In this document: positions 18,158-28,504 of the stretch, piece by piece | Layout of the letters: each line of letters begins with the position of its first letter | Position numbering within the stretch: the stretch's first letter is position 1 | Source of the DNA: Acholeplasma sp. | Lineage (GTDB): Bacteria; Bacillota_I; Bacilli_A; ML615J-28; CAG-698 | Assembly (NCBI GenBank): GCA_012838635.1 | Contig: DUOW01000018.1 | Location: 22,764 to 86,763, forward strand | Reading direction: 5' to 3' | Length of the DNA stretch: 64,000 nt | Notes under the pieces: model-generated | Told to the model about the DNA's origin: nothing | The model's database searches: none | The model's input: the letters and a program-made list of their open reading frames with translations, nothing else | Made by a program: the position numbers and the translations under genes

Positions 18158-19388
18158 AATCAAGCAAAGCAAAGCTAAAGGATTAGTAGTAGCACCCGCA
18201 TCAAAAAGTTATTTACAACGTTATATCTTAACTTCCTTTTATACAAAAGACAAAGTTACAATTAACAATGTTACTTATTCTAATGATATTTATGATGCTT
18301 TGAATGTTATTGAAGCTTTAGGCAAAAAAACTACAATTTTCCCTAAGCAAATAATTATTGAAGAAAACAAAAGTCCTAAGGATGAGTATTATATAAAGGA
18401 ATCTGCTACAACCCTAAGACTTTTAATTCCTATTTTATTTACTTTAAATAAAACTTGTACAATTTATTGCAAGGAAACTTTGCTTCAAAGACCTTTAGAT
18501 TATTACAAAGATTTAGCCTTAAAAAACGATTTTAATTTTAAAATTGAAAAAGATAAAATTGTTTTAAAAGGTAATTTAAAAGCGCAAAATTATTTAATTA
18601 CAAATCCAAAGTCAAGTCAATTTGTTTCAGGAATGTTAATTACTTTGCCTAGTTTAGCTAATGATTCAACAATAGAAGTTATAAATGAAGTTTCCAAGCC
18701 ATATTTAGAAATGACGTTAGCTACATTAAAAGAATTTGGAATTAAGATTACTTATCAAGATAACAAATATCTAATTAAAGGTAAACAAAAATATCAAGGT
18801 GTAAGTATAAATGTAGAAGGAGATTGGTCACAAGCGGCATACTTTTTTGCTTTAGCCTTATTCAACAAAGATTTAAAAATAACTAATCTTAATTTAAACT
18901 CACTACAAGGTGATAAAGCAATAGTAAATATATTGAAAGATTTTGGTTGCGAGATTGCTTATAAAAATGATTGTTTTATGTGCCTTAAACGAGAGTTTAA
19001 AAAGATGACTATTGATTTAAATGACATTCCTGATTTAGGACCAATTTTAATGGTTATTGCTTTGCTTGCCCAAGTAGAAGTAACTTTTATTAATACTAAT
19101 AGGCTTATTTATAAAGAATCTAATCGCTTAGATTTTATGTTATTTGAACTTGAAAAACTTGGCTTAAAATATAAAAAAGAAGATAATAAAGTTACCTTCT
19201 TTAAGTCGAATTTAAATTATAAGAAAATAGTTTTTGAAACATATAACGATCATCGCATTTTTATGAGTCTTGCTATTTTAAGTGCTATTATTCCTAATGA
19301 GACATTTATCAAAGGGGAAGAAGCAATAAATAAATCATATCCAGATTTTCTTAATGATTTGAAGAAACTAAATATTTGTATGAAATAA
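18150..19388 (+). CDS. aroA: EPSP synthase (3-phosphoshikimate 1-carboxyvinyltransferase)
   Basis: Typical length and fold. ATGA start/stop overlap with the upstream gene. Confidence 0.8.
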   Translation: MIEIKQSKAKGLVVAPASKSYLQRYILTSFYTKDKVTINNVTYSNDIYDALNVIEALGKKTTIFPKQIIIEENKSPKDEYYIKESATTLRLLIPILFTLNKTCTIYCKETLLQRPLDYYKDLALKNDFNFKIEKDKIVLKGNLKAQNYLITNPKSSQFVSGMLITLPSLANDSTIEVINEVSKPYLEMTLATLKEFGIKITYQDNKYLIKGKQKYQGVSINVEGDWSQAAYFFALALFNKDLKITNLNLNSLQGDKAIVNILKDFGCEIAYKNDCFMCLKREFKKMTIDLNDIPDLGPILMVIALLAQVEVTFINTNRLIYKESNRLDFMLFELEKLGLKYKKEDNKVTFFKSNLNYKKIVFETYNDHRIFMSLAILSAIIPNETFIKGEEAINKSYPDFLNDLKKLNICMK

Positions 19389-19416
19389 AAAAAGCCCAAA
19401 AAATAGGCTTTTTATT
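19389..19416. terminator. terminator hairpin (AAGCC/GGCTT + T-run)
   Basis: Follows aroA and also lies downstream of the minus-strand small ORF. Confidence 0.45.
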
Positions 19417-19472
19417 ATATCTACTCAAACTTGTAATTAAGTTTGTTGCTGTCAGTAAGTCCTGTAATGGAA

Positions 19473-19610
19473 TTACATTCCTTGATTAGCTTCTTTTCTA
19501 GAATACTCCCAATTATCTTTTGTTTTACGAGAAACTTGAGAAATGGAAGCAACTGCTAATGAACCTAAACTTACTGTACCAATAGATAGTAAAATTAATC
19601 CTAATAACAT
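19473..19610 (-). CDS. small hydrophobic membrane protein (45 aa), MLLGLILLSIGTVSLGSLAVASISQVSRKTKDNWEYSRKEANQGM
   Basis: Strong SD AAGAAAGAGGTGAAG before the ATG. Not in the 60-aa ORF track. Confidence 0.4.
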   Translation of the reverse strand: MLLGLILLSIGTVSLGSLAVASISQVSRKTKDNWEYSRKEANQGM

Positions 19611-19639
19611 ATTCTTCACCTCTTTCTTACACTAGCATT

Positions 19640-19790
19640 ATAACATACCTTGTCAATGAAAAAAAGATGAAAACGCAAAGCATTTTCAATGAAAATACTT
19701 TCATTACTTTCATAAAGTTTATGAAAAGTAAAAATAGTTTTTCAAGAAAGTAAAATGAAAATGAAAACGATTAAGCAAATGTGCAAAAGC
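19640..19790. promoter_or_regulatory. repeat-dense regulatory region
   Basis: Repeated TCAATGAAAA and TGAAAACG units. ATGAAA-n4-TTTCAT inverted repeat and CATAAAgTTTATG palindrome. Lies between divergent genes. Confidence 0.35.
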
Positions 19791-19823
19791 AAAATAATAT
19801 GATATAATATATTGGGTGGAAAG

Positions 19824-20621
19824 ATGATTAAATTAATCGGGATTGATATGGACGGTACGTTACTAGATCCAAAGTCGAAATTGTCAGAAGAAAATATTGA
19901 AGCTATTAAATATGCTACTAGTAAAGGTGTTGATGTTGTTATTGCTAGTGGTAGACCTGTCTGTGAATCAATGAGAGATTATTACAATCTTTTAGGTTTA
20001 AAGAACTACTATGTCGGTTTTAACGGGGCTGTTGTTTATGATTTTGCATCGGACAGTATTCTTTACCAAAAAGGAATAACTGGTAAAGATGTTAAAGAAC
20101 TAGAAGCCTTTAAAGCTAATTTTCCTAGTGTCAATAGCCATGTCTTTATTTTAGATACTGTTTTATATCAAGTTGAAGATTATTATGTTGATTTAGAAGT
20201 TAAAGTTAATTATGTTAAGAAAAAGAAAATTAACTATAATGATTTAGCTGATGATTATCCAGTTATTAAATACATGTTTACAGGTTCTAAAGTAGACATT
20301 GATTATATTGCTGAAAATCTTCCGGAAAAATTTAGAGAAAAATATAATGTTGTTAGAAGTGCTACTTATTATTTAGAGTTTGTAAATAAAGAAGTAGATA
20401 AGGCTAAAGGATTAGCAATGGTAGCTAAGAAAAAGGGCTTAGCTAAAGAAGAAGTTATGGCTATCGGTGATGAAGGAAATGATTATTTAATGGTCAAAGA
20501 AGCCGGTATTGGCGTTGCTATGGAAAATGCTCGTCAAAAAGTAAAAGATGTAGCTAAATATATTACAAAATCAAATGCAAATAATGGTGTAGCTTTCGCT
20601 ATATATAAATATATTAAATAG
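19824..20621 (+). CDS. Cof-type HAD-IIB phosphatase
   Basis: GIDMDGTLL motif I. SD GGTGGA. The ORF track begins at TTG 19812. Confidence 0.8.
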   Translation: MIKLIGIDMDGTLLDPKSKLSEENIEAIKYATSKGVDVVIASGRPVCESMRDYYNLLGLKNYYVGFNGAVVYDFASDSILYQKGITGKDVKELEAFKANFPSVNSHVFILDTVLYQVEDYYVDLEVKVNYVKKKKINYNDLADDYPVIKYMFTGSKVDIDYIAENLPEKFREKYNVVRSATYYLEFVNKEVDKAKGLAMVAKKKGLAKEEVMAIGDEGNDYLMVKEAGIGVAMENARQKVKDVAKYITKSNANNGVAFAIYKYIK

Positions 20622-20630
20622 GAGGAAAAA

Positions 20631-22046
20631 ATGAGAAAAACTAAAATTATTTGTACAATAGGTCCAGCATCAGAAAAACCTGAAGTTTTAAGAGAATTAA
20701 TGAAAGCTGGAATGAACTGTGCTCGTTTGAATTTCTCTCATGGAGATCATGAAGAACACAAAAAGAGAATTGAAACGATCAAAAAGATTAGAGAGGAATT
20801 AAAAATTCCTCTACCGATTCTATTAGATACGAAAGGGCCTGAAATTAGAGTTCGTGACTTTAAAGAAGGATTTATCTTTTTAGAAGAAGGTCAAAAGTTT
20901 GTTTTTAAGCCAGATGATGGTAGTTTAGGTGATCAAAATGAAGTTTGTGTTACTTATCCAAATCTAGCTAAAGATGTTAAAGTAGGAAACAGTATTTTAA
21001 TTGACGATGGTAAAATTGTTTTAGAAGTAGAAAAGATTAGTGGAGAAAATGTACATTGCCGTGTTCAAAACAGTGGCAAAGTAAGCAACCACAAGAGTAT
21101 TAATGTTCCTTATGTAAACATTAATATTCCATTCTTAAGCAAACAAGATCGTTTAGATATTGCTTTTGGTGTTAATCAAAGTATTGATTATATTGCTGCT
21201 TCATTTGTAAGAACAAAAGAAGATATTGTTGGTTTAAGAGAATATCTAAGATCAATTCATGCAGAAGATGTAAAAATTATTTCTAAAATTGAAAATATGC
21301 AAGGCATTCAAAACATTGATGATATTATTGATGTATCAGATGGTATTATGATTGCAAGAGGAGATATGGGAGTTGAAGTTCACTTTTCTAAACTACCTCC
21401 AATTCAAAAAGATATTATTAATAAATGTTACCTAAAAGGAAAACTAGTAGTTACTGCTACACAAATGCTAGACTCTATGGAATCAAATCCTAGACCTACA
21501 AGAGCAGAAGTTAGTGACGTTGCTAATGCTATTTATGATGGAACTACTTGTATTATGTTATCAGGTGAAACAGCAGCTGGTAAATATCCAGTAGAATCAG
21601 TTAAAGCTATGGCAGCTATTGCCTTAGAAGCTGAAGAGGCAATTGACTATGCACAAAAATATCTAGAAAATGACTTAAGCTTAGGCTCAGAAGTAGGACA
21701 AGCTATTGGTAACTCAGCAGTTATTTCTGCTACACAATTAAATGCAAGTGCAATTATTGCCATTACTAAAAAAGGAACAACTGCAAGAATCGTTTCTTCA
21801 TATAGACCAACAACTCCAATCATTGCTTGTGCTCTAGATGAACAAACTTGCCGTCAATTATACTTATATTGGAACGTATTACCCATTATGGCTGAAAGAA
21901 AAGCAACGACAGATGATTTATTTAGTCATGGTTTAGAGCGAGCAATGACAACTGGTTTGCTTAAGAAAGGTGATAAAGTTGCAATTGTAGGTGCATCTGT
22001 TGCAGGCGATGCAGCAATCGATGTATTAAAATTACAAATTGTATAA
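20631..22046 (+). CDS. pyk: pyruvate kinase
   Basis: Full-length PK motifs. Confidence 0.9.
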   Translation: MRKTKIICTIGPASEKPEVLRELMKAGMNCARLNFSHGDHEEHKKRIETIKKIREELKIPLPILLDTKGPEIRVRDFKEGFIFLEEGQKFVFKPDDGSLGDQNEVCVTYPNLAKDVKVGNSILIDDGKIVLEVEKISGENVHCRVQNSGKVSNHKSINVPYVNINIPFLSKQDRLDIAFGVNQSIDYIAASFVRTKEDIVGLREYLRSIHAEDVKIISKIENMQGIQNIDDIIDVSDGIMIARGDMGVEVHFSKLPPIQKDIINKCYLKGKLVVTATQMLDSMESNPRPTRAEVSDVANAIYDGTTCIMLSGETAAGKYPVESVKAMAAIALEAEEAIDYAQKYLENDLSLGSEVGQAIGNSAVISATQLNASAIIAITKKGTTARIVSSYRPTTPIIACALDEQTCRQLYLYWNVLPIMAERKATTDDLFSHGLERAMTTGLLKKGDKVAIVGASVAGDAAIDVLKLQIV

Positions 22047-22072
22047 AAAAGAAGCACAAGCTTCTTTTTTTA
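22047..22072 (+). terminator. rho-independent terminator
   Basis: GAAGC-acaa-GCTTC followed by T7. Confidence 0.6.
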
Positions 22073-22106
22073 TGGTATAATGTAATATAGGTAAAAGGAG
22101 GAGAAG

Positions 22107-23114
22107 ATGATAATTACAGAAAAAATGACATTAGGAATGAAGATACTTATTTGTGTATTTTTGTTTATGGTATTAATAAATGTCGTACCACCTAAAAAAC
22201 AACTAGAGAATAATCCTTTTATTATTAAAGAAGGGGAAAGGCCATTAATTGCTGCTCATCGTGGTGGGAAAAACTTAAATCCAGAAAATACTTTTAAAGC
22301 TTTTGATTATGCAGTTAATGAGTTAGATATTGACATTTTAGAACTTGATTTAGTTATGACGAAAGATAAACATTTAGTTTCTATTCATGACTTGACAATC
22401 AATTCTTGTTCTGATGCGGAAGCAATTTCTGGTAGTACTGATGATTACTATGTAGGTGAACATACACTTTTAGAATTGCAACAACTTAATTTTGGTTATA
22501 ACTTTAAAGATCAAAATGGAAATTATCCATATCGCTATGAACTAGATGATCCCGAAAGAATGGCCAAGATTGATAGTGAACAATTACACATAGCTACAAT
22601 TGACGATATTTTTGCCCGTTATGCCAATACAAAATTGAAGTTTATTGTGGAAATTAAAGATAAAAATGAAATTGGTTATGAAGCAGCTGACCAGTTAAAT
22701 GAATTATTAACTGTTACTTATAAAGAAAATAATTTAAGAGAAAGAGTTATTATTGGAACATTTAATGGTGAAGTTGAAAATTATATTGTTGAGAATTATC
22801 CAACGTTATTCCGTGGTGGAAGTGTAGCTTCTGTTACATCTTTTGTTGTTACCCAAATGCTAGGAATGAATATCTTTGATAAGTCTAATTTTATGGCTTT
22901 ACAAATTCCTGTTTCAAGAAAAGTTAAAGGAATTACTATTAAACTAGACCAAAGGACTTACATTAAGAGAGCTCATTTAAGAGGAATATCGGTTCAATAT
23001 TGGACAATTAATGATAAAGAAGAAATGCGTAGGTTATTAGAATTGGGAGCTGATGTTATTATGACAGATAATCCTGATATTGCCCTAGAATTACTAACAG
23101 AAATGGGTTATTGA
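22107..23114 (+). CDS. membrane-anchored glycerophosphodiester phosphodiesterase (GDPD family)
   Basis: AHRGG and ELDL..TKD motifs; N-terminal TM. Confidence 0.8.
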   Translation: MIITEKMTLGMKILICVFLFMVLINVVPPKKQLENNPFIIKEGERPLIAAHRGGKNLNPENTFKAFDYAVNELDIDILELDLVMTKDKHLVSIHDLTINSCSDAEAISGSTDDYYVGEHTLLELQQLNFGYNFKDQNGNYPYRYELDDPERMAKIDSEQLHIATIDDIFARYANTKLKFIVEIKDKNEIGYEAADQLNELLTVTYKENNLRERVIIGTFNGEVENYIVENYPTLFRGGSVASVTSFVVTQMLGMNIFDKSNFMALQIPVSRKVKGITIKLDQRTYIKRAHLRGISVQYWTINDKEEMRRLLELGADVIMTDNPDIALELLTEMGY

Positions 23115-23178
23115 TATACTAAAAATATTGCAAGTTAATACAAAAAGTATTATAATTTATAAATAAGGAGATTTAATT

Positions 23179-23910
23179 ATGGGAAGAGCACATGAAGTTA
23201 GAGCAGCAAGTATGGCTAAAACAGCTGCCAAAAAATCTAAAACAAATGCAAAATATAGTAAAATTATTTATATGGCAGCTAAGGAGGGATTACCTGATCC
23301 AGATCATAATCCTGCTTTAAAAAGTGCAATTGATAGAGCAAAAAAAGAAGATGTACCTAGTGATGTTATAAATAGAGCACTTGAAAAAGCCAAAGGTGGA
23401 GATGTTGATTCTTATACTGCAGCACGCTATGAAGGTTTTGGCCCGAATAATTCATTATTTATTGTAGAGTGCTTAACAGATAACCCTAATCGTACATATT
23501 CTGAAATAAGAGCATCTTTTGGTAAAAGTGGAGCTAAATTAGGAGAAACAGGTTCTGTAACTTATATGTTTAATAACTATGCCATTTTTGAAGTTAATAA
23601 TATGGATGAAGAAGAAGTAATGATGCTTTTACTTGAGGCTGATTGCAATGTTATTGATATTGAAACAGTTGGTGATGTTGTAAGAATTACTGCTGATGCT
23701 ACAGAATATGGAAAAGTTCGCGACACTTTCTACAGTGTAAACGAAAATATGGAATTTGTTCGTGATGAAGTAGCATGGGTTCCAATGAGCAAAACAACAC
23801 TACAAGCAGAAGAAGATTTAGCTATTTATAATAAACTACTAGACAACTTAGATGAAAATGAAGATGTCCAAAATGTTTATCATAATATTACTAATGAAAG
23901 AGAAGAATAA
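23179..23910 (+). CDS. yebC: YebC/PmpR-family transcriptional regulatory protein
   Basis: MGRAHEVRAASMAKTAAKKSK... family signature. Confidence 0.85.
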   Translation: MGRAHEVRAASMAKTAAKKSKTNAKYSKIIYMAAKEGLPDPDHNPALKSAIDRAKKEDVPSDVINRALEKAKGGDVDSYTAARYEGFGPNNSLFIVECLTDNPNRTYSEIRASFGKSGAKLGETGSVTYMFNNYAIFEVNNMDEEEVMMLLLEADCNVIDIETVGDVVRITADATEYGKVRDTFYSVNENMEFVRDEVAWVPMSKTTLQAEEDLAIYNKLLDNLDENEDVQNVYHNITNEREE

Positions 23911-24542
23911 TGGAAACTTTAACAAAAAGAAATAAGAAATATGAAGAATATATTCAAGGTTTAAAAGATATTCATGCAATTTATAGCCATCCTTTAAACA
24001 ATTACCAAAAAAGGTTTAAGAATCTTTATTGGTTTTTAAGAGTAGGTATTGTTTCTTTTGTAGCTTATTTGTTTGCGGTTATTGTTGCTGATCTTGAAGT
24101 TAGTAAAATTATTGCTGGTGCAGCTGTTTGTGTAGCAATAATTGGGGTAATTGTTGGTTTTATTATTTATAATAAAAAAAGTCAAAAAAAGCTTCAAGAA
24201 GAATATACAGAAAGAGTTGATGAAAATAACTTAATTTTAGAAGAAGTTCAAGTATTAGATGAAGCACTAAAAGAAGAGATTATTTTAAAAATCATTACTG
24301 AAGAAGCAGGACCAGATTTACCATCAAAAGATAATAAAGAAGTATATGATGCGTTTATAGAAAAGAAAACTAATGAACTAAACTTAAGAATGAAAAAGCA
24401 ATTTGGACGTGATTTGGTAAGTTCTGATTATGTTACTTATTTATTAATTTGGAATGGTGAATTGACAGTTGATGATTACACTTATCGTAAGTCACATTAT
24501 GAATATTTAAAAATATTAGAAGAAAGAAATAAAAATCTGTAA
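23910..24542 (+). CDS. hypothetical membrane protein
   Basis: Two TM helices followed by a charged coiled-coil tail. Confidence 0.5.
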   Translation: METLTKRNKKYEEYIQGLKDIHAIYSHPLNNYQKRFKNLYWFLRVGIVSFVAYLFAVIVADLEVSKIIAGAAVCVAIIGVIVGFIIYNKKSQKKLQEEYTERVDENNLILEEVQVLDEALKEEIILKIITEEAGPDLPSKDNKEVYDAFIEKKTNELNLRMKKQFGRDLVSSDYVTYLLIWNGELTVDDYTYRKSHYEYLKILEERNKNL

Positions 24543-24649
24543 TTTAAGATTTAATTAAGTTATAAATGATAAACTCTAATCATGAGAAGAAGCAAACTGT
24601 TTTTTCAAGATTAGTTTCCTCTTATAACATAAAATCAATTCTTCTCAAA

Positions 24650-24686
24650 TAAAAGACTAATTTATGTTAGTCTTTTTTTTATTTTT
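24650..24686 (+). terminator. rho-independent terminator
   Basis: AAGACTAA-tttatg-TTAGTCTT followed by T8. Confidence 0.7.
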
Positions 24687-24723
24687 TAGCAATTTTGTGG
24701 TATAATATAGTATAGGTGAAACT

Positions 24724-26211
24724 ATGGAAGCGAAATTTAGAAAACAATTTACAGAAATTTCAGAAGAATCAAAACTTGTTGGAGCTAATTATGTTATTGT
24801 TCAAGGTGATGCAATTAGTGAAAAAGGATTTTATGGGTACCAAGATTTAGAAAAGCAAATCAAAACTACTGATAAGACGATTTATCGTATTGCTTCAATT
24901 TCTAAAGTTGTTGTTGGTATGGGAATTATGAAACTTGTTGAGGAAGGATTGCTTGATATCAATGCAGATATTCAAGATATTTTAGGTTTCCCGATTCGAA
25001 ATCCTAAATTTCCTGATACCCCTATTACCGTGAAAATGTTACTTATTCATACTTCAAGTATTACCGATGGTTATGATGATGAAGATCCCGCAAATGACGA
25101 TAAGATTAAAGGCTATAATGGTGTAAATGGTACAAGTAAACCAGTTACTTTAGCTGACATTCTAGTCCCAAATAAATCAAAATATTGGACTGATTTAACT
25201 TACTCTGATTATGAACCAGGAAAGTTTTTCATCTATTCAAATTTTGGAACTGGTATTTTAGCATGCATTATTGAGAAAATAACTAATGAATACTTTACTG
25301 AGTGGATTAAAAAAACAATTTTAGATAAATTAGAGATGGATGCTAGTTTTAATCCAAGAGATATTAAAGCTATAGAGTATGGTTCTAGTATTTATAAAAG
25401 GGATTTAGTTAATGATGATTATAAATTAAGTCGTACTTTTGCTTCGTTTGTAGAAAGATTCTATCCTAAGTTTCCATTAGGTGAAAATTACCGTGGACCT
25501 GCTGGTGGCTTGTTTACGAGTATGGAAGATTTAGCAAAGATTTTAATTGTTTTACTAAATGATGGTAAGTATAAAAATATAAGAATTTTAAAAAAAGAAT
25601 CAGTTGAGTATATGACGCAATTCCAATGGTTTGGTTATACCGATGATCCTAGTTATAGAGGTAAAGGAATATCATTGAAACTTACTAATGAATTTGGTCC
25701 TTCAATTTTAAGGGGTCATACGGGATCAGCTTATGGTGTTGTTAGTTGTATGTTTTTCAATTTAGAACAAAAAGTAGGAATTTGCTTTATTACTAACGGG
25801 GGACATATTAGTTATAACATTGATAATAAGTCTGATTGTTTAACTGATGTTCTAATGGCATTTTTCAATACTTATCTTAAGCAAGAAAAGGAACATTGTT
25901 TCACTATTTCTTTAGATAGCAAAGTAAGTAAATTAGATGGTAGGTCTATTTATATGCCTACAGAAGTAGTTTGTAAATGCGGGGAATATTATGTACCTGC
26001 CCTAACTTTAGCTGAAGGATTATTAACTTTTCCTAAACTGACTGAAAATTATATTGAAATTGAAAAAGGTAAAATTAGTCATATTTTAAGTTTATGGGGA
26101 GGGTCTGTTAAAGAAGTTAATGGTTATCAGTTATTACCAGTTAAAAAAATACTAGATAGTTTAAGAATAAAATATCGAGTAGAAGAAAAAGAAATAATTA
26201 TTACTTATTAG
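24724..26211 (+). CDS. serine hydrolase, beta-lactamase/PBP4*-family (S-x-x-K: SISK), with a C-terminal extra domain
   Basis: RIASISKVVVG active-site motif. Confidence 0.75.
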   Translation: MEAKFRKQFTEISEESKLVGANYVIVQGDAISEKGFYGYQDLEKQIKTTDKTIYRIASISKVVVGMGIMKLVEEGLLDINADIQDILGFPIRNPKFPDTPITVKMLLIHTSSITDGYDDEDPANDDKIKGYNGVNGTSKPVTLADILVPNKSKYWTDLTYSDYEPGKFFIYSNFGTGILACIIEKITNEYFTEWIKKTILDKLEMDASFNPRDIKAIEYGSSIYKRDLVNDDYKLSRTFASFVERFYPKFPLGENYRGPAGGLFTSMEDLAKILIVLLNDGKYKNIRILKKESVEYMTQFQWFGYTDDPSYRGKGISLKLTNEFGPSILRGHTGSAYGVVSCMFFNLEQKVGICFITNGGHISYNIDNKSDCLTDVLMAFFNTYLKQEKEHCFTISLDSKVSKLDGRSIYMPTEVVCKCGEYYVPALTLAEGLLTFPKLTENYIEIEKGKISHILSLWGGSVKEVNGYQLLPVKKILDSLRIKYRVEEKEIIITY

Positions 26212-26219
26212 GAGGATAT

Positions 26220-26519
26220 ATGAAAGAAAAACAGACAGTTGAAAAGAAGCAAAAATATTCTAAAAATAGTATTTTCTTTATTGCGATGACAACTCTAATG
26301 GGACTTAGTGAAATGTTTTTGATTGCACTTATTATTAATAATAGTATTATTCTCAAGAATTATGATAATTATTCAGTTCATGAAGATTTTGATAAAGTAC
26401 CAAAAGAATTTTTCATTTTTTCGATTGTGATAGCTGTAATCTTAATGGCTTTATTTGGATTTACAATTTATCTTACAATTAAAATGTTATTAAAAAGAAA
26501 ACAAGAAGGGACATTATAA
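26220..26519 (+). CDS. small hypothetical membrane protein
   Basis: Two TM helices. Confidence 0.45.
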   Translation: MKEKQTVEKKQKYSKNSIFFIAMTTLMGLSEMFLIALIINNSIILKNYDNYSVHEDFDKVPKEFFIFSIVIAVILMALFGFTIYLTIKMLLKRKQEGTL

Positions 26520-27691
26520 TGAGTCATTTTGATAAAGTTGTTGATAGAAGAGGAACAAATTGTTTTAAATGGGATACAGTAGAAGATGGTGTTTATTCTT
26601 TCACAATCGCTGATTCAGATTATGAAGTACCAAAAGAAGTTAAAGCAGCTTTATTAAAAAGAGTTGAACATGGTATTTTTGGTTATACGATTGTTCCTGA
26701 TAGTTATTATGAAGCTGTTATTAATTGGTGTAAAAGAAGATATGGCTTTAGTATTAAGCAAGATGATATTATTATCATGAATAAAGTATTAGAGTCAATT
26801 GCTTTACTAATAAATTTATATACTAAAGAAGGAGATAAAATTGTGATTAATCCTCCAGTATATCCACCTTTCTTTAGTTTAACTGAAGGTAACAACAGAG
26901 AATTAGCCTTAAACCATTTAATTAATGATAACGAGTATTATAGTTTAGATTTTGAAGATTTGGAAAATAAATTTAAAGAGGGAGCTAAAATGTATATTTT
27001 ATGCAATCCTCATAATCCTGTTGGGAAAATCTATTCTAAAGCAGAAATTGAGAAGATTGTAAAACTCTGTAATAAGTACGATGTCTTTTTAGTATCAGAT
27101 GAAATCCATTCTGATTTAATTATTTATGGTCATAAGTTTACATCTGTAGGTAAATATTTTGATTTACATGATAAAATGGCAATTTGTATTTCTCCAAGCA
27201 AAACATTTAATATTGCTGGGTTAAAGATTGCTAATTTAGTTATAAAAAATGAAGAAATTAAAGCTAATGTTCGCAAGCATTTAGATTGTTATAAAATTGG
27301 TGGAGCAAGCTTACTTAGTTTACTTGCTTGTGAAGTAGCCTATAATGAATGTGAATATTGGGTTGTTGAACAACAAAAACATTTATATAAAAATTATGAA
27401 CTTGCTAGAAATTATTTAAATAAAGAAGTTCCGCACTTAAAGTTTGCCAGTCCCGAAAGTACTTACTTGCTTTGGATTAACTTGCAATATTTAAATAAAA
27501 CTAGCGCCCAAATTATTGAAGATTTAAAAAAATACAAACTAGCGGTAAATTCTGGTTGTGATTATTGCGATAACTATGATGGTTATATTCGTTTTAATCT
27601 TGCTTGCCCAGAAAGTGTTTTAAAAGAAGGATTGAAAAGACTAGTTAAATATTTAAAAGACCAAGAAAAAAATAAGACCAATAGACTTTAA
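26519..27691 (+). CDS. PLP-dependent C-S lyase (MalY/PatB-type cystathionine beta-lyase / aminotransferase class I-II)
   Basis: N-terminus MSHFDKVVDRRGTNCFKWD; SPSKTFNIAGL Lys region. Confidence 0.8.
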   Translation: MSHFDKVVDRRGTNCFKWDTVEDGVYSFTIADSDYEVPKEVKAALLKRVEHGIFGYTIVPDSYYEAVINWCKRRYGFSIKQDDIIIMNKVLESIALLINLYTKEGDKIVINPPVYPPFFSLTEGNNRELALNHLINDNEYYSLDFEDLENKFKEGAKMYILCNPHNPVGKIYSKAEIEKIVKLCNKYDVFLVSDEIHSDLIIYGHKFTSVGKYFDLHDKMAICISPSKTFNIAGLKIANLVIKNEEIKANVRKHLDCYKIGGASLLSLLACEVAYNECEYWVVEQQKHLYKNYELARNYLNKEVPHLKFASPESTYLLWINLQYLNKTSAQIIEDLKKYKLAVNSGCDYCDNYDGYIRFNLACPESVLKEGLKRLVKYLKDQEKNKTNRL

Positions 27692-27699
27692 ATAATTTA

Positions 27700-27728
27700 A
27701 GAAGCACTAATATTTAGTGCTTTTATTT
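27700..27728 (+). terminator. rho-independent terminator
   Basis: AAGCACTAA/TTAGTGCTT stem followed by T's. Confidence 0.6.
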
Positions 27729-27746
27729 AATAAGAAAGGAGAAAAT

Positions 27747-28502
27747 ATGAAAGCAGCACTTTTGTTACATGGCTTTTTATCAAACAAAAATGATTTTAAT
27801 AATTTATTGCCAGTTTTAGAAAAGTATTATGATCATATTGAAGCTATTACTTTTCCTGGTCATAGCGCTGATGATAGTTATGATGACTTTACATTAGAAA
27901 ATACGTTTGAACATCTTCATTCAGTATACGAACAACTTCATCTAAAATATGAAAGAATAGATGTGATTGGTTATTCAATGGGAGGAGCTATTGCTAGCTA
28001 TTTAGCAAGTAAAAACCATGTAGGTAAATTAATCTTACTAGCTCCTGCTAATAAATATATTAATGTAAGAATGCCATTTACTAAAATCAAAGCTTATGTT
28101 TCTGCCTTTCAAGATTTAAGAATTGCGGATAAGACTTATGATCAAGATCTTAAAAAAGAATCAAGAGAATTTTTAGATAATTTAAAAACTGATGATTCAA
28201 CATCAATCTCAATTTTATTTAGTAGATTCTTTCATAAATATATTTATAAAGCTTACCGCACTTTTAGAAAAGTTATTAAACATTGTAATGCTAATTTAGG
28301 TGAAATTACTGCCCCTACTTATCTTGCTTGGGGACAGTTTGATCAACTTGTTCCGGAAAAATCAATTCATTTTGTCAGGGAAAGGTGCGTTAATGAAAAT
28401 ACGATTGTGAAGATTTATCCATTTTCAACTCATCTTTTACTAAACTCAAAGGATAATGAAGAGTTAATAGCTGATCTAGAGCAATTCATTAAGGAGAAAT
28501 AA
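27747..28502 (+). CDS. alpha/beta-hydrolase (carboxylesterase-like)
   Basis: GYSMGG nucleophile elbow. SD AAGGAG before the ATG at 27747. Confidence 0.75.
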   Translation: MKAALLLHGFLSNKNDFNNLLPVLEKYYDHIEAITFPGHSADDSYDDFTLENTFEHLHSVYEQLHLKYERIDVIGYSMGGAIASYLASKNHVGKLILLAPANKYINVRMPFTKIKAYVSAFQDLRIADKTYDQDLKKESREFLDNLKTDDSTSISILFSRFFHKYIYKAYRTFRKVIKHCNANLGEITAPTYLAWGQFDQLVPEKSIHFVRERCVNENTIVKIYPFSTHLLLNSKDNEELIADLEQFIKEK

Positions 28503-28504
28503 TT

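Noticed and set aside
19655-19700. CcpA cre site (TGAAAACGCAAAGCA)
   Set aside because: Matches the cre consensus only partially, with mismatches at conserved positions. It is kept only as part of the repeat-rich region finding.
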